64,000 nucleotides of DNA from a bacterium. GTDB taxonomy: Bacteria; Zhuqueibacterota; Zhuqueibacteria; Residuimicrobiales; Krinioviventaceae. The notes beneath the pieces were generated by a model, which saw nothing but the letters and a program-made list of their open reading frames with translations, did not search any database and was not told where the DNA came from. The position numbers were made by a program, and so were the translations under genes. The stretch spans positions 1-64,000 of the forward strand of contig CAXXFV010000016.1 in NCBI GenBank assembly GCA_963674595.2, written 5' to 3'. Positions 51,791 through 61,896 of this stretch are shown piece after piece; within the stretch, counting starts at the first letter, position 1; the number at the start of each line of letters is the position of its first letter.

Positions 51791-54424
51791 CTATTTAATA
51801 AATATCATCTTGCGTGTAAAAGTGTTACCCGGTGAATCCATGCGATAGAGATATGTTCCGGCGCTGACAGTTAGTCCATAATTGTCCCGGCCGTCCCACA
51901 CAAGTTTGTGATAACCGGTACCAAATTTTCCGCTTGCCAGTGTTCTGACATGTACACCACGAATATCATAAATATTAATGGTTACTTCTGCGGCTGTTGG
52001 TACGGCAAACTCTATAACCGTTGTTGGGTTAAATGGATTCGGATAGTTTTGCGACAATGCAAAAGCTTTTGGAACTGCTCCGTTCTGAGAATCTACAGAT
52101 GTTACTGCAATGGATGTTTCATCTGAAAGCTCACTTTGGTTACCGGAAAAGTCAAAAGCCGAAATCTTGTAGTAATAGGTCTGGCTTTGATCTGTTTCTG
52201 CGTCAAAATAGGATGTTCCTGTGAGTGTAGCAATTCTGTTTTCATCGGTGGCGGCAAAGCCCGGGGCCGTTCCGCGATAGACTGCAAAATAATTAAAGTC
52301 TTCATCAACAGGATCATTCCATGAAAGTTTAACATCTGTTCCACCGACAAGTTCAGCAACAAGGCCGTCCGGCGCCATTGGTACAAGGTTATCAACAGAA
52401 TAACCGGCTCCCGGTTGTGATTCATGTCTGGTACCGCCTTGAGTTACAGCAACAACCATGAAATTTGTTAAGGCAGTTCCGCTTGCTGTAGAGTCGTAAA
52501 CTGTCGGTACGACCAAAGCATAACGGTTGCTGCCGTCTGCTGTTGTTTCTCCGACGTCTGTCCAGTCAGCCTCACCATCCTGGCGTTTTACTTTATAAAC
52601 AGCTACCGGGTCAATGGCAATACCGTCATCTACAAATTTATCCCAAATAATGCGAACTTTTTTACCCTGATCATTTGGTACATCTTCAATGGCAACAATT
52701 TCACCATCAATAGCATTGTTTTTCAGCGCTTGAATGCTTGTTTTGAGAAGAGCTACAGTAAATGCGGGATTATGAATGCCATAACTATGATCATAATAAA
52801 CCATTCGATGGTTAAAACCTGCTTTTAATTCTGTTTTGGTCCAGGTTTCATCTACATCGGCATGGGGGTCTGCATCCGGTAACAATCCACTGAGGATGTC
52901 CATCAAACCATGAACTTCTTCCTGAAGACCTTCCGCTACACCATCTCCATCATGGTCGGCATTGCCGTTGGCATAGTATTTCTTTTCACTAAAAGAATCA
53001 CCAACGTCACCGTGGCAGTCTTTACAGGAAGCCACATTATCAACGCTATCCAGGCTGACCATTGAAAAGGAATGCATTCCGGCAGATGTTAAATTACCAT
53101 CAGCATCATGTTCACCATGAGAACCATCTTCATACATATGACAGGTCGCACAGGCATTTCCTGTTGCTTCCAGGTGAGGCGATGAGGGTAGTGTTTTTCC
53201 AAATGTTGCAACATTTGTTGCCAGCAGCATATCAGCTTGCGGTGCATAATGAGGACCGTAATGGCCGGATGGTGCATTGGTGTACGTTGCCGCATTTTGC
53301 CGGCTTTGGTGACAGTTCATACATATAGCTCCGGTTCCGGCGCCGCTGACTTGCTGGTTGTTGGATAAAGTTGCGGTCATTGTTCGAAGTTGAAAAGTAT
53401 TTTCTGCCGAGTGCGGATCGTGGCAAACAGCACATGTGATGTTAATATGAGATTGAGTTGTAATTGTTTCACCTTCAACAAATTGAACAAACTGAGCGCC
53501 GTTATGACAACCATTGCAGGTGGTACGCGTACCGCCTGGATAGGTTGGAATGCGTGAATGTGGGGATTCTTTCCATTGTGCCGGATATACATGGTAATGA
53601 TTATCATCATGACAAACAGCACAGGCTTCTTCAGCCAAAGTTGCGACCATTTTATTGTCCGCTGTGCGGCCATAGTGGGCGCTACCGGGACCGTGACATG
53701 ATTCACACTGAATTCGTGCCAGTTTCATTGAATTTGGATAGGTTGCTACAAGATTGTCCCATGTTTCGGCAGCGATGGTAGCCGGGAATACCCATGCAGA
53801 ATCTACACCGGCTATTCGTTGTGTACGGTCATCAAATCCCTGGTTGTCGGCAAATTCATCGTACCCGGTTGAATGACATTTAACACAGGATAACGAATAA
53901 TGGCCGCCGGGAGTTGTTAGTTGAGTTTCCATTATGGAATAGTGTCCGGTTTGTTCCCATTCTGCGGCTTTTTCCTGGTGACACATGCCACAAGCCCCAT
54001 CTTCAATGCCAACATAGGTGCCGGCATTAATTGTTAAAGAATCTGATAATTCGCCATCTGTAAATACGATGACATACGTTCCAACAAGGTCCGGGGCAAA
54101 TACAGCGACCTGGGTTGAATCATCCAGGTTTACTATGGGATCAATAGCCGACTCTGACCAGGATGGTGCTGATGCGATAGTCCATGTTGGTGCTATCATG
54201 GCACCAGCAGTAATCTGTGCTTTAAAATACATTTGTGTTTCTATACCTACATTTAAAAGCGCATTGTAAGGACGATCAAAAACACCAACATATTCCGGAT
54301 TGCCCACTGTATCCGCCAAAGATTCTGCAGTTGATATACCTACAGGCCCAAAAGATAAAGTTTGTCCAAAAGATATTGTACTTGCTAATAATAATGCAAA
54401 AATAACCAATATGACCTTTTTCAT
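51791..54424 (-). CDS. Secreted 9-heme cytochrome c with FN3 and T9SS/FlgD-like C-terminal domains
   Basis: Signal peptide; 9 CxxCH; DHSYGIHNP motif; FN3 (KLSW...YYYKISAFD); QNYPNPFNP...GTYLYRM...KMIFIK; start placed at ATG 54424 after AGGAGGT. Confidence 0.88.
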   Translation of the reverse strand: MKKVILVIFALLLASTISFGQTLSFGPVGISTAESLADTVGNPEYVGVFDRPYNALLNVGIETQMYFKAQITAGAMIAPTWTIASAPSWSESAIDPIVNLDDSTQVAVFAPDLVGTYVIVFTDGELSDSLTINAGTYVGIEDGACGMCHQEKAAEWEQTGHYSIMETQLTTPGGHYSLSCVKCHSTGYDEFADNQGFDDRTQRIAGVDSAWVFPATIAAETWDNLVATYPNSMKLARIQCESCHGPGSAHYGRTADNKMVATLAEEACAVCHDDNHYHVYPAQWKESPHSRIPTYPGGTRTTCNGCHNGAQFVQFVEGETITTQSHINITCAVCHDPHSAENTFQLRTMTATLSNNQQVSGAGTGAICMNCHQSRQNAATYTNAPSGHYGPHYAPQADMLLATNVATFGKTLPSSPHLEATGNACATCHMYEDGSHGEHDADGNLTSAGMHSFSMVSLDSVDNVASCKDCHGDVGDSFSEKKYYANGNADHDGDGVAEGLQEEVHGLMDILSGLLPDADPHADVDETWTKTELKAGFNHRMVYYDHSYGIHNPAFTVALLKTSIQALKNNAIDGEIVAIEDVPNDQGKKVRIIWDKFVDDGIAIDPVAVYKVKRQDGEADWTDVGETTADGSNRYALVVPTVYDSTASGTALTNFMVVAVTQGGTRHESQPGAGYSVDNLVPMAPDGLVAELVGGTDVKLSWNDPVDEDFNYFAVYRGTAPGFAATDENRIATLTGTSYFDAETDQSQTYYYKISAFDFSGNQSELSDETSIAVTSVDSQNGAVPKAFALSQNYPNPFNPTTVIEFAVPTAAEVTINIYDIRGVHVRTLASGKFGTGYHKLVWDGRDNYGLTVSAGTYLYRMDSPGNTFTRKMIFIK

Positions 54425-54515
54425 GGTATCCATACCTCCTCGGTTAAATGATACGTTGATTAGGTAAAAATATGTGAAATCATCACCTCCTTGTCATTCT
54501 TTCAGTTTATTTAAA

Positions 54516-54539
54516 AACCTATATTGTCTGATATAGGTT
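54516..54539. promoter_or_regulatory. Perfect inverted repeat (candidate operator)
   Basis: AACCTATAT-TGTCTG-ATATAGGTT, immediately downstream of the -10 box. Confidence 0.65.
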
Positions 54540-54568
54540 ATTATATAATATTTGTAGGGGGAAGTCAA
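54540..54568 (-). promoter_or_regulatory. Sigma-70 promoter of the 9-heme cytochrome gene
   Basis: Minus strand TTGACT-17 nt-TATAAT. Confidence 0.75.
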
Positions 54569-54724
54569 GAAAATTCTAAAATATTTTTTTCATAAAGCCT
54601 TATTTTTCTTAAATTTTATTTCGTTTTTGCGAACTATTAGTAAAAATTTTATCTTTATTAAAAGAGTATTTTGAATTAAAAACATTTTTTTTAAATTAAA
54701 CTAGTTTTTACCGGAGATTTTATA

Positions 54725-55180
54725 ATGTCTGAATTGAATGTAGATGATATTCTCAAGCCAATGTATTCCATTGGTTATGCTGCAAAAAAACTGGGCGTAG
54801 CTGTTCCAACATTACGTATGTATGAAAATGCGGGACTGATCATACCATTTCGTACGGAAACAAATCGAAGACTTTATTCTTATCATGATATTAAACATTT
54901 GCAAGTTATTATTGAACTTGTTCGAAATCATGGGTTAAATTTAGAAGGTATTAAAAGACTCGCAGCTTTAATTCCCTGCTGGCATATTCAAAAATGTTCA
55001 ATTGAAGATTGTGCAAGTTGCCAGGCTTATTCCAATTGCTGCGAACCCTGTTGGCAAAGTAAAAACAATTCTTGTAAACACCCAAATACTGATTGTCGTA
55101 ACTGCCAGGTTTATATTTCCAGTCAGGAAAATTTAAAAAACCCGAAACTCATCCTGCAAAAATTCTTTCACAAAAAATAG
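54725..55180 (+). CDS. MerR/HspR-family regulator with a Cys-rich C-terminal domain containing two CW motifs
   Basis: YSIGYAAKKLGV...TLRMYE..GLI.P.R....RRLYS; C-terminus with 10 Cys including two PCW. Confidence 0.88.
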   Translation: MSELNVDDILKPMYSIGYAAKKLGVAVPTLRMYENAGLIIPFRTETNRRLYSYHDIKHLQVIIELVRNHGLNLEGIKRLAALIPCWHIQKCSIEDCASCQAYSNCCEPCWQSKNNSCKHPNTDCRNCQVYISSQENLKNPKLILQKFFHKK

Positions 55181-55362
55181 ACATCTAATATTAATAACTG
55201 TTTTTGCGTTAGTTTAAATTTTTTTTCAAATGTTCGCTTTTAAATTATTTATCTAGTTTGTATTATTAATTATGTGAACCTTTGGGAGAATTTTAATTGC
55301 TTCACCATTCTCCGGATAAAAATCTGGCAAGAGTATAATTGATTATTTAGAGGAGAACTTTT

Positions 55363-56871
55363 ATGAAGCTCAGATTACCGCATTCTTTTTATAATCCAAT
55401 TTCTTACGCAGGAGCGGCCATTGCCGTTATTGCCATATTCATGTTTGTGTTTTTATATGTTCTTTCGTCCCTCACGGCATTCGACAAAGCCTATGTGGGA
55501 ATTGTTATCTTTATTGCTATTCCTGCATTTATCATTCTCGGTCTTTTACTCATTCCATTTGGAATGATCTTGAAAATACGCAAACAAAAAAAACAAGGCG
55601 AAGCAGAGGGTGATGACTTTCCGATTTTAAACTTGAATCTAAAAAGACATCGTAATGCTACATTTATTTTTACAATCGGAACTACGCTATTTTTGTTTTT
55701 ATCTGCTTTGGGAAGTTATGAAGCCTATCATTATACGGAATCCGTCAAGTTTTGCGGGACATTATGCCACGACTTGATGATTCCCGAATATACAGCCTAC
55801 CAGGAATCACCCCATGCCCGTGTAACCTGTGCGGAATGTCATGTGGGAGAGGGGGCCAATTGGTATGTGAAATCCAAATTAAGCGGATTGTATCAGGTAT
55901 ATGCGGCCCTTGCCAATGTCTATCCACGACCCATTCCGACGCCGGTTAAGAATTTACGTCCGGCCCGAGAAACTTGTGAAGAATGCCACTGGCCGCAAAA
56001 GGTATATGGTAAACAACAACGCAAAGAAATTTATTATCTACCTGATGAAGAAAACACCCGCTGGGAAATTGATATGCTGATGAATACTGGCGGCGGCAAT
56101 CCGGCGTTGGGACAAAGTTCAGGTATTCACTGGCATATTAATCAGAATATTAAAATAGAATATTTTACTAATGACGAGAAAAGGTCATCAATTAATCGTG
56201 TTGTTATGACGGATTTGGCAAGCGGTGAAAAAAAAGTCTATGATAATGAAATGGAACCTTTTGATGAGTCCGGTGAAACAGTTTATGAGAATAGAACAAT
56301 GGATTGTATTGATTGCCATAATCGTCCCAGTCATGTTTATCGTGACCCTAATAGATTTGTAAATGTTGCTATTGCTTCGGGTAATATCAGCTCCGAAATT
56401 CCGATGATAAAGCAGGCGGCTATTGAAGCTTGTATGGAAGACTATGAATCAACTCCGGATGCTTTTACGGGAATAGAAAAGCATGTTCTTGCGTTTTATG
56501 AAGACAATTATCCAGATATTGTCAATGAAAAAAAGGAATTGCTGGAAAAATCAATTGCCGGTATTCAGGATGCCTATTCAAAAAATATATTTCCGGAAAT
56601 GAATGTAAAATGGGAATTTTATCCGGACCATATCGGACACATGACCAGCATTGGTTGTTTTCGCTGTCATGATGGTATGCACAGCACGCAGGATGGTCAG
56701 ATTATTTCCCATGGATGTAATGACTGTCATCTCATTTCCAGTCAGGGTCAAGCCGGGCAGATTGTGAGCGCCAGTGCAGACCAGTCTCTTGAATTTAAGC
56801 ATCCCATCGATATTGGCGAAGAATGGAAGTCGACAGGTTGTTATGAATGTCATGTCGTGCCGCCGCTATAG
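55363..56871 (+). CDS. NapC/NirT-family membrane-anchored multiheme cytochrome (7 heme motifs)
   Basis: 3 N-terminal TM helices; TES..FCGTLCH..M.PEY..Y..SPH..V.CAECH; CEECH, CIDCH, CFRCH, CNDCH, CYECH. Confidence 0.88.
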   Translation: MKLRLPHSFYNPISYAGAAIAVIAIFMFVFLYVLSSLTAFDKAYVGIVIFIAIPAFIILGLLLIPFGMILKIRKQKKQGEAEGDDFPILNLNLKRHRNATFIFTIGTTLFLFLSALGSYEAYHYTESVKFCGTLCHDLMIPEYTAYQESPHARVTCAECHVGEGANWYVKSKLSGLYQVYAALANVYPRPIPTPVKNLRPARETCEECHWPQKVYGKQQRKEIYYLPDEENTRWEIDMLMNTGGGNPALGQSSGIHWHINQNIKIEYFTNDEKRSSINRVVMTDLASGEKKVYDNEMEPFDESGETVYENRTMDCIDCHNRPSHVYRDPNRFVNVAIASGNISSEIPMIKQAAIEACMEDYESTPDAFTGIEKHVLAFYEDNYPDIVNEKKELLEKSIAGIQDAYSKNIFPEMNVKWEFYPDHIGHMTSIGCFRCHDGMHSTQDGQIISHGCNDCHLISSQGQAGQIVSASADQSLEFKHPIDIGEEWKSTGCYECHVVPPL

Positions 56872-56968
56872 GATTTGTTTACAAGAATCGTTTTCTGTTG
56901 CGCCTTTTTTAGAGATTGATTATATTTTTTGACAATGTTTATCGAATGCATTTATTCAGAACGGGATT

Positions 56969-58915
56969 ATGATTGTGACATATATTGGTTTTCAGGCGTT
57001 GAACATAGCTCTTGTTTTTGCCGCATTCTCGACTATAGTCTATTTTATAGGGGGACGTTTCCAGTCAGAGCGTTTTCTAAAAAGCGCCCAAAGGGGGGTG
57101 TATGTTATATTTGCTATGGTTTTGCTGGGATCACTGGCATTATTATATGCTTTGTTCGCAAGAGATTTTAGCATTGAATATGTTGCCCATTATTCCAATC
57201 GTTCGTTATCATGGTTTTATACGGCTGCCGCATTTTGGGCCGGTCAAGCCGGTTCTTTGCTGTTATGGGCTTTGTTATTGTCTTTATTTGCGGTTATCGT
57301 ATTGAGGCAAAACAAACACTCCGTTCTTTTGCCGTATACTATGGGCGTGATTAATTTTACCACTTTTTTCTTTTTATACCTGCTTGTTTTTAAAACCAAT
57401 CCTTTTCAAAAACTTGCAATTGTACCGCCGGATGGAAACGGACTGAATCCATTGCTTCAAAACCCGGGAATGATTTTTCATCCGCCTTCATTATACATCG
57501 GTTTTGTCGGTTTTACGGTTCCCTTTGCTTTTGCTGTTGCCGCACTTTTAACAAAAAATCTTGATGACCAGTGGGTTAAAAAAATCCGGATGTGGACCTT
57601 GTTCTCCTGGTTGTTTTTAACCGTTGGAAATATATTGGGTATGCAGTGGGCCTATGTGGAACTGGGATGGGGAGGCTATTGGGCCTGGGACCCTGTTGAA
57701 AATTCTTCGTTGCTGCCGTGGCTCACCGGGACTGCTTTTCTGCATTCGGTTATTGTTCAGGAACGCCGGGGTATGTTGAAAATATGGAATATTTCACTGG
57801 TTACACTGACGTTTGCATTAACGATATTCGGAACTTTTGTTACCCGTAGCGGGCTTATTTCCTCGGTTCATGCGTTTGGTGTTTCAGATATGGGACCCTT
57901 GTTTCTTGGTTTTTTAGCACTCATTCTACTTGTTTCTTTTTATCTTTTGTTCCTTAGAAAAGATTTATTAAAGAATAAAAGAGAACTGGGTTCCTGGACA
58001 TCGAAAGAATCGAGTTTTTTGCTCAATAATCTGTTTTTTGTGGCCCTGACGTTGGGCGTGTTTTTGGGTACGATTATGCCCACACTTTCCGAGCTGGTTC
58101 GTGGTGAAAAGATGACGGTCAGTATTGAATTTTTTAACAAAATGGCAACGCCCGTAGGTCTGTCTATATTTTTTCTTATTGGTGTGTGCACCCTGTTTTC
58201 GTGGGGAAAGACCAGTTTGCAAAAATTAACGAAAAATTTAATCGCTCCCGGTTTGATCACGGTGGCTTTTATACTGTTTTTGTTTTTTATCGGAATTCGC
58301 AAGGTTTTACCGCTCATGGCGCTGGGTATTGTTGTTTTTGCAACATTAACGACAATTATCGATTATGTTCGGGGAGTTTGGGTAAAAAAGAAAACAGGCA
58401 AGCGTTCTTTCCTGTCGTCACTGTTATTTTTGATATTAAACAATAAAAGACGTTACGGCGGATATATCGTGCATTTGGGAGCCTTGATGTTTTTATTGGG
58501 TATCATCGGTTCTTCGGCTTTTTCAATTGAAGAAACAAAGACGCTGAAAAAAGGTGAAAGCTTGCAGGTTAAAAAATATAAACTGGTTTATAAAGGTATT
58601 GTTGGAAATCAGGAAAAGGGATACCTTATTGATGCGGCTGTTTTTGATTTGTATAAAAACGAAAAACCAATTGGTGAAATAAAAGCTGAAAAACACCTTC
58701 ACCCTAATTTCCAACCGGCAACAGAAGTTGGTATCCGTTCTACATTGATAGAAGATTTGTATGTTATTTTGGCAAATTATGATAAACAAAGTCAGTTGGC
58801 CACCATCAGTGTTATGGTAAATCCATTGGTGCTTTGGATATGGATCGGCGGCATTGTTATGGTTTTAGGTACATTTATTTCATTATCACCGACGTTAAAA
58901 AAGAAAACGAACTAA
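56969..58915 (+). CDS. ccmF: Cytochrome c heme lyase CcmF
   Basis: GLNPLLQ, HPP.LY.G, WAYVELGWGGYWAWDPVEN, TRSG..SSVHAF. Confidence 0.96.
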   Translation: MIVTYIGFQALNIALVFAAFSTIVYFIGGRFQSERFLKSAQRGVYVIFAMVLLGSLALLYALFARDFSIEYVAHYSNRSLSWFYTAAAFWAGQAGSLLLWALLLSLFAVIVLRQNKHSVLLPYTMGVINFTTFFFLYLLVFKTNPFQKLAIVPPDGNGLNPLLQNPGMIFHPPSLYIGFVGFTVPFAFAVAALLTKNLDDQWVKKIRMWTLFSWLFLTVGNILGMQWAYVELGWGGYWAWDPVENSSLLPWLTGTAFLHSVIVQERRGMLKIWNISLVTLTFALTIFGTFVTRSGLISSVHAFGVSDMGPLFLGFLALILLVSFYLLFLRKDLLKNKRELGSWTSKESSFLLNNLFFVALTLGVFLGTIMPTLSELVRGEKMTVSIEFFNKMATPVGLSIFFLIGVCTLFSWGKTSLQKLTKNLIAPGLITVAFILFLFFIGIRKVLPLMALGIVVFATLTTIIDYVRGVWVKKKTGKRSFLSSLLFLILNNKRRYGGYIVHLGALMFLLGIIGSSAFSIEETKTLKKGESLQVKKYKLVYKGIVGNQEKGYLIDAAVFDLYKNEKPIGEIKAEKHLHPNFQPATEVGIRSTLIEDLYVILANYDKQSQLATISVMVNPLVLWIWIGGIVMVLGTFISLSPTLKKKTN

Positions 58916-59340
58916 TGATGGAAATTTTTGTTTTAATTCTTGTTTTAGGGGTGGTGTTATATGTTATAGCACCTTTATATTCTAAAAAAGAGGTCGTTGT
59001 TGCTCAATCGGCCACAAATAAAAATGTATATACTGATTTTTTACATCAAAAATCCTTTGTTCTGCAAACCATAAACGACCTGGAGTTTGATTATCAAACC
59101 GGTAAATTAACGGAACAGGACCGTGATGAACTGGTCAAAGAACAACAGGAAACATTGGCAACAATAGAAACAAAAATGAAAAAGGTTTCCGGAATTGATT
59201 TGACCAATTTGGAACAACAATTGGAAAAAGAAATTTCAGATGTTAAAGAAAAGCTAAAACCAAAACTGCAATGTTCCTCATGTGGTTTTATTTGTCATCC
59301 CGGAGATAAATTTTGCGCTAACTGTGGTATGAAACTTTAG
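58915..59340 (+). CDS. Membrane-anchored zinc-ribbon protein (CcmI-N-like)
   Basis: N-terminal TM; DLEFDYQTGKL; C-terminal CSSC...FCANCG; start overlaps the ccmF stop. Confidence 0.7.
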   Translation: MMEIFVLILVLGVVLYVIAPLYSKKEVVVAQSATNKNVYTDFLHQKSFVLQTINDLEFDYQTGKLTEQDRDELVKEQQETLATIETKMKKVSGIDLTNLEQQLEKEISDVKEKLKPKLQCSSCGFICHPGDKFCANCGMKL

Positions 59341-59348
59341 AACGTACT

Positions 59349-60506
59349 ATGAAAAGAAAAGTTGTTTTAAATAGTTTGTTTATTTGCTTGTTGTTTTTTC
59401 AAACAGGTTTGTTTGCTGCTGACATAAGCGGCTATGTTAAAAATGCTTCACGAGACAGTATCGGTGTGCCGTCTCTTACCGTTGGTTTACAGGTATTACA
59501 CGGAGGCGAACAGGCACCCCACGAGGTCCTTTCAACCCAATCCGGTAAAAAGGGATATTTTGTTTTTTCGGATGTCAATTTTGACAGTTCGTCTACTTAT
59601 TTTGTAGCGGTTGATTATCAGGGCGTTCGATATTACAGTAATGGATTTATGGCCGCACATCAGGCTGCAATTCCTGCACAAAATATTATCCTGTTTGATT
59701 CTACTCAATCCACAAATATGGTGAGTGCGGTTATGCACCATCTTATTATTGATGATCTCGGCGATGCTGCCAGTTTCAGGGAAACCCGGGTGATGAACAA
59801 TCCGACAAATTTTGCCGTAACAAATGCAATTAAAGATAGTATTGTCGGTGATGCTATATTTAAATTTCAACTTCCGGTTTTGGCCCGAAACGTACAACCG
59901 CTTTCTCAGCGAATGCAGCATGAATTTGTTCAACACGGAAATTTTTTGTTTGATCGGGGCATTGCTCTTCCGGGAAACCGGCAGATTTCCTACGCCTATG
60001 AAATACCCTGGCAAAAATCCGATGCAAATGTATCGCTGGATTTTTCATATATGACGCGAACATTCGATGTTTTTTTAAGTGATGAAAATCTGTCCATAAC
60101 TTCTGCTCAACTTACAGACCAGGGCCCGTTTAATATTCGCGGCACTCAATACAAACGCTATGGCACCGGCCAGATTCCACCGGGAACAAGGATAAAATTT
60201 ACTGTTCATCGGCTTGGCAAGACTAGTTCATTTTCTTCGTTTACCATACTGTTAACAGGTTTTTTGCTGAGCCTTGGAATTGCTTTTGCACTGGTTTTTA
60301 AATCTAAAGAAAATAAAAAATATTCTCCTGTAGATTATAAAAAATTGATACAGGAAAAGAAGGAAATTATCAATAAAATTGCTGAAATGGATTTACAAAG
60401 AAATACATCCGATCCTTTTTACCAATCCGAACGAAAAACCTCGTTGGAACGGCTGATGGAAATTGAGTTAGTACTTGCAAACCATGGTTCTAAAGATAAA
60501 AAATGA
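59349..60506 (+). CDS. Periplasmic membrane-anchored protein in the ccm cluster
   Basis: Signal peptide; beta-sandwich region (YQGVRY); C-terminal TM and coiled coil. Confidence 0.65.
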   Translation: MKRKVVLNSLFICLLFFQTGLFAADISGYVKNASRDSIGVPSLTVGLQVLHGGEQAPHEVLSTQSGKKGYFVFSDVNFDSSSTYFVAVDYQGVRYYSNGFMAAHQAAIPAQNIILFDSTQSTNMVSAVMHHLIIDDLGDAASFRETRVMNNPTNFAVTNAIKDSIVGDAIFKFQLPVLARNVQPLSQRMQHEFVQHGNFLFDRGIALPGNRQISYAYEIPWQKSDANVSLDFSYMTRTFDVFLSDENLSITSAQLTDQGPFNIRGTQYKRYGTGQIPPGTRIKFTVHRLGKTSSFSSFTILLTGFLLSLGIAFALVFKSKENKKYSPVDYKKLIQEKKEIINKIAEMDLQRNTSDPFYQSERKTSLERLMEIELVLANHGSKDKK

Positions 60507-61207
60507 TTATAGTCAGGGATATTGAAAAGTCTTTTGGGCCGGCACGGGCACTTGGAGGCGTTTCTTTTCATATTAAAGAGGGAGAATTTACCGGGCTTGT
60601 CGGCATAAACGGTGCCGGTAAAACGACGCTTGTACGCATTCTCGCAGGCTTGTCAAAAGCGACAAAAGGTACTGTTTCCATTGCCGGGTATGATGTTCGT
60701 AAAAATGCCAACGACATTCGTCGTCAAATCGGAGTTATGAGCCATAATATTTTTCTCTATGGTGATCTTTCTGCCGAGGAAAATTTGTATTTTTATGCAA
60801 AAATGTATAATGTAAAAAACGAGCAGGAAAAAATTTCCCTTCTTTTGGAACAGGTTGGTTTGTATAAGAGGCGACATGATCTGGTCCGTAATTTTTCCCG
60901 TGGTATGCAGCAGCGCCTTTCTCTGGCTCGGGCAACTTTGCATGGTCCAAAAATATTACTTTTGGATGAACCTTTTGCCGGGCTGGATGTTAATGCTGAA
61001 AAATTATTAAAGGACTTGCTCGATTCTTTTCGCCAACAGAATTTAACGATATTTATGACAACGCATGATATTGATTTTGCCTGTTCGCAAATAGAACGGT
61101 TGCTGGCTTTAAAAAATGGAATACTGGCATTGGATAGCGCAACATCCGGAATGGAAAAAGAACGCATTTTGACATTATTAACCGATGAGGGGGCGGGCCG
61201 CTCATGA
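60503..61207 (+). CDS. ccmA: Heme ABC exporter ATP-binding protein CcmA
   Basis: GINGAGKT, FSRGMQQR, LLLDEP; upstream of ccmB. Confidence 0.88.
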   Translation: MIIVRDIEKSFGPARALGGVSFHIKEGEFTGLVGINGAGKTTLVRILAGLSKATKGTVSIAGYDVRKNANDIRRQIGVMSHNIFLYGDLSAEENLYFYAKMYNVKNEQEKISLLLEQVGLYKRRHDLVRNFSRGMQQRLSLARATLHGPKILLLDEPFAGLDVNAEKLLKDLLDSFRQQNLTIFMTTHDIDFACSQIERLLALKNGILALDSATSGMEKERILTLLTDEGAGRS

Positions 61208-61881
61208 ACGGATGGCAGCAATTTTATGCGATTTTGAGAAAAGACCTGCTGATGGAACTGCGAAGTAAGGATATTATCTCCTCCATGCTGGTTTTTTCCC
61301 TCATTGTTGTGGTGATATTTAATTTTATTTTCGACCCAGGTTCCGGGCAGATGAAAACAATGACGCCGGGAATTTTGTGGGTCGCTATTATTTTTGCCGG
61401 GAATATCGGTCTGGCGCGTTCGTTTGCCCGTGAGCAGGAACAGGGAATGATGCATGGTTTGTTGTTGTGCCCGGTGGACCGAACTATTATTTATCTGGCA
61501 AAAGTTACAGGAAATATTATTTTTATATTACTTGTCCAACTGGTCACATTGCCGGTTATGATTATTTTATTTGACCTGGAACCTGGTGTCGTTTTTGGTC
61601 CGGTGCTGCTGGTGTTGTTTCTGGGGATTTTTGGTTTTGCTTCAGTCGGAACAATTTTTTCCACAATGTCGGCTAATACGAAATCAAAAGAGGTCATGCT
61701 GCCGATATTATTGTTTCCGATTATTGTGCCGATTTTATTGGCTGCAACAAAAAGTACGGCATCTCTGTTGAACGGAAATGGTTTGGCTGACACCATGTCC
61801 TGGATCAAGTTGTTGATTGGTTTTGACCTCATATTTTTTGTTGTTTGTTTTTTGCTTTATGAATATGTTTTGGAAGAGTAA
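61204..61881 (+). CDS. ccmB: Heme exporter permease CcmB
   Basis: KDL..E.R, PGILW, F..E...G, LPILLFP. Confidence 0.92.
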   Translation: MNGWQQFYAILRKDLLMELRSKDIISSMLVFSLIVVVIFNFIFDPGSGQMKTMTPGILWVAIIFAGNIGLARSFAREQEQGMMHGLLLCPVDRTIIYLAKVTGNIIFILLVQLVTLPVMIILFDLEPGVVFGPVLLVLFLGIFGFASVGTIFSTMSANTKSKEVMLPILLFPIIVPILLAATKSTASLLNGNGLADTMSWIKLLIGFDLIFFVVCFLLYEYVLEE

Positions 61882-61896
61882 GGGAGCACATGGTTT

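Noticed and set aside
51791-54424. Calling this gene nrfA and 55363..56871 nrfH
   Set aside because: No CxxCK active-site motif, 9 rather than 5 hemes, and extra FN3/sorting domains; the NapC-like protein is much larger than NrfH
60793-61455. 220-aa minus-strand ORF
   Set aside because: Antisense to well-supported ccmA/ccmB with no recognisable motifs
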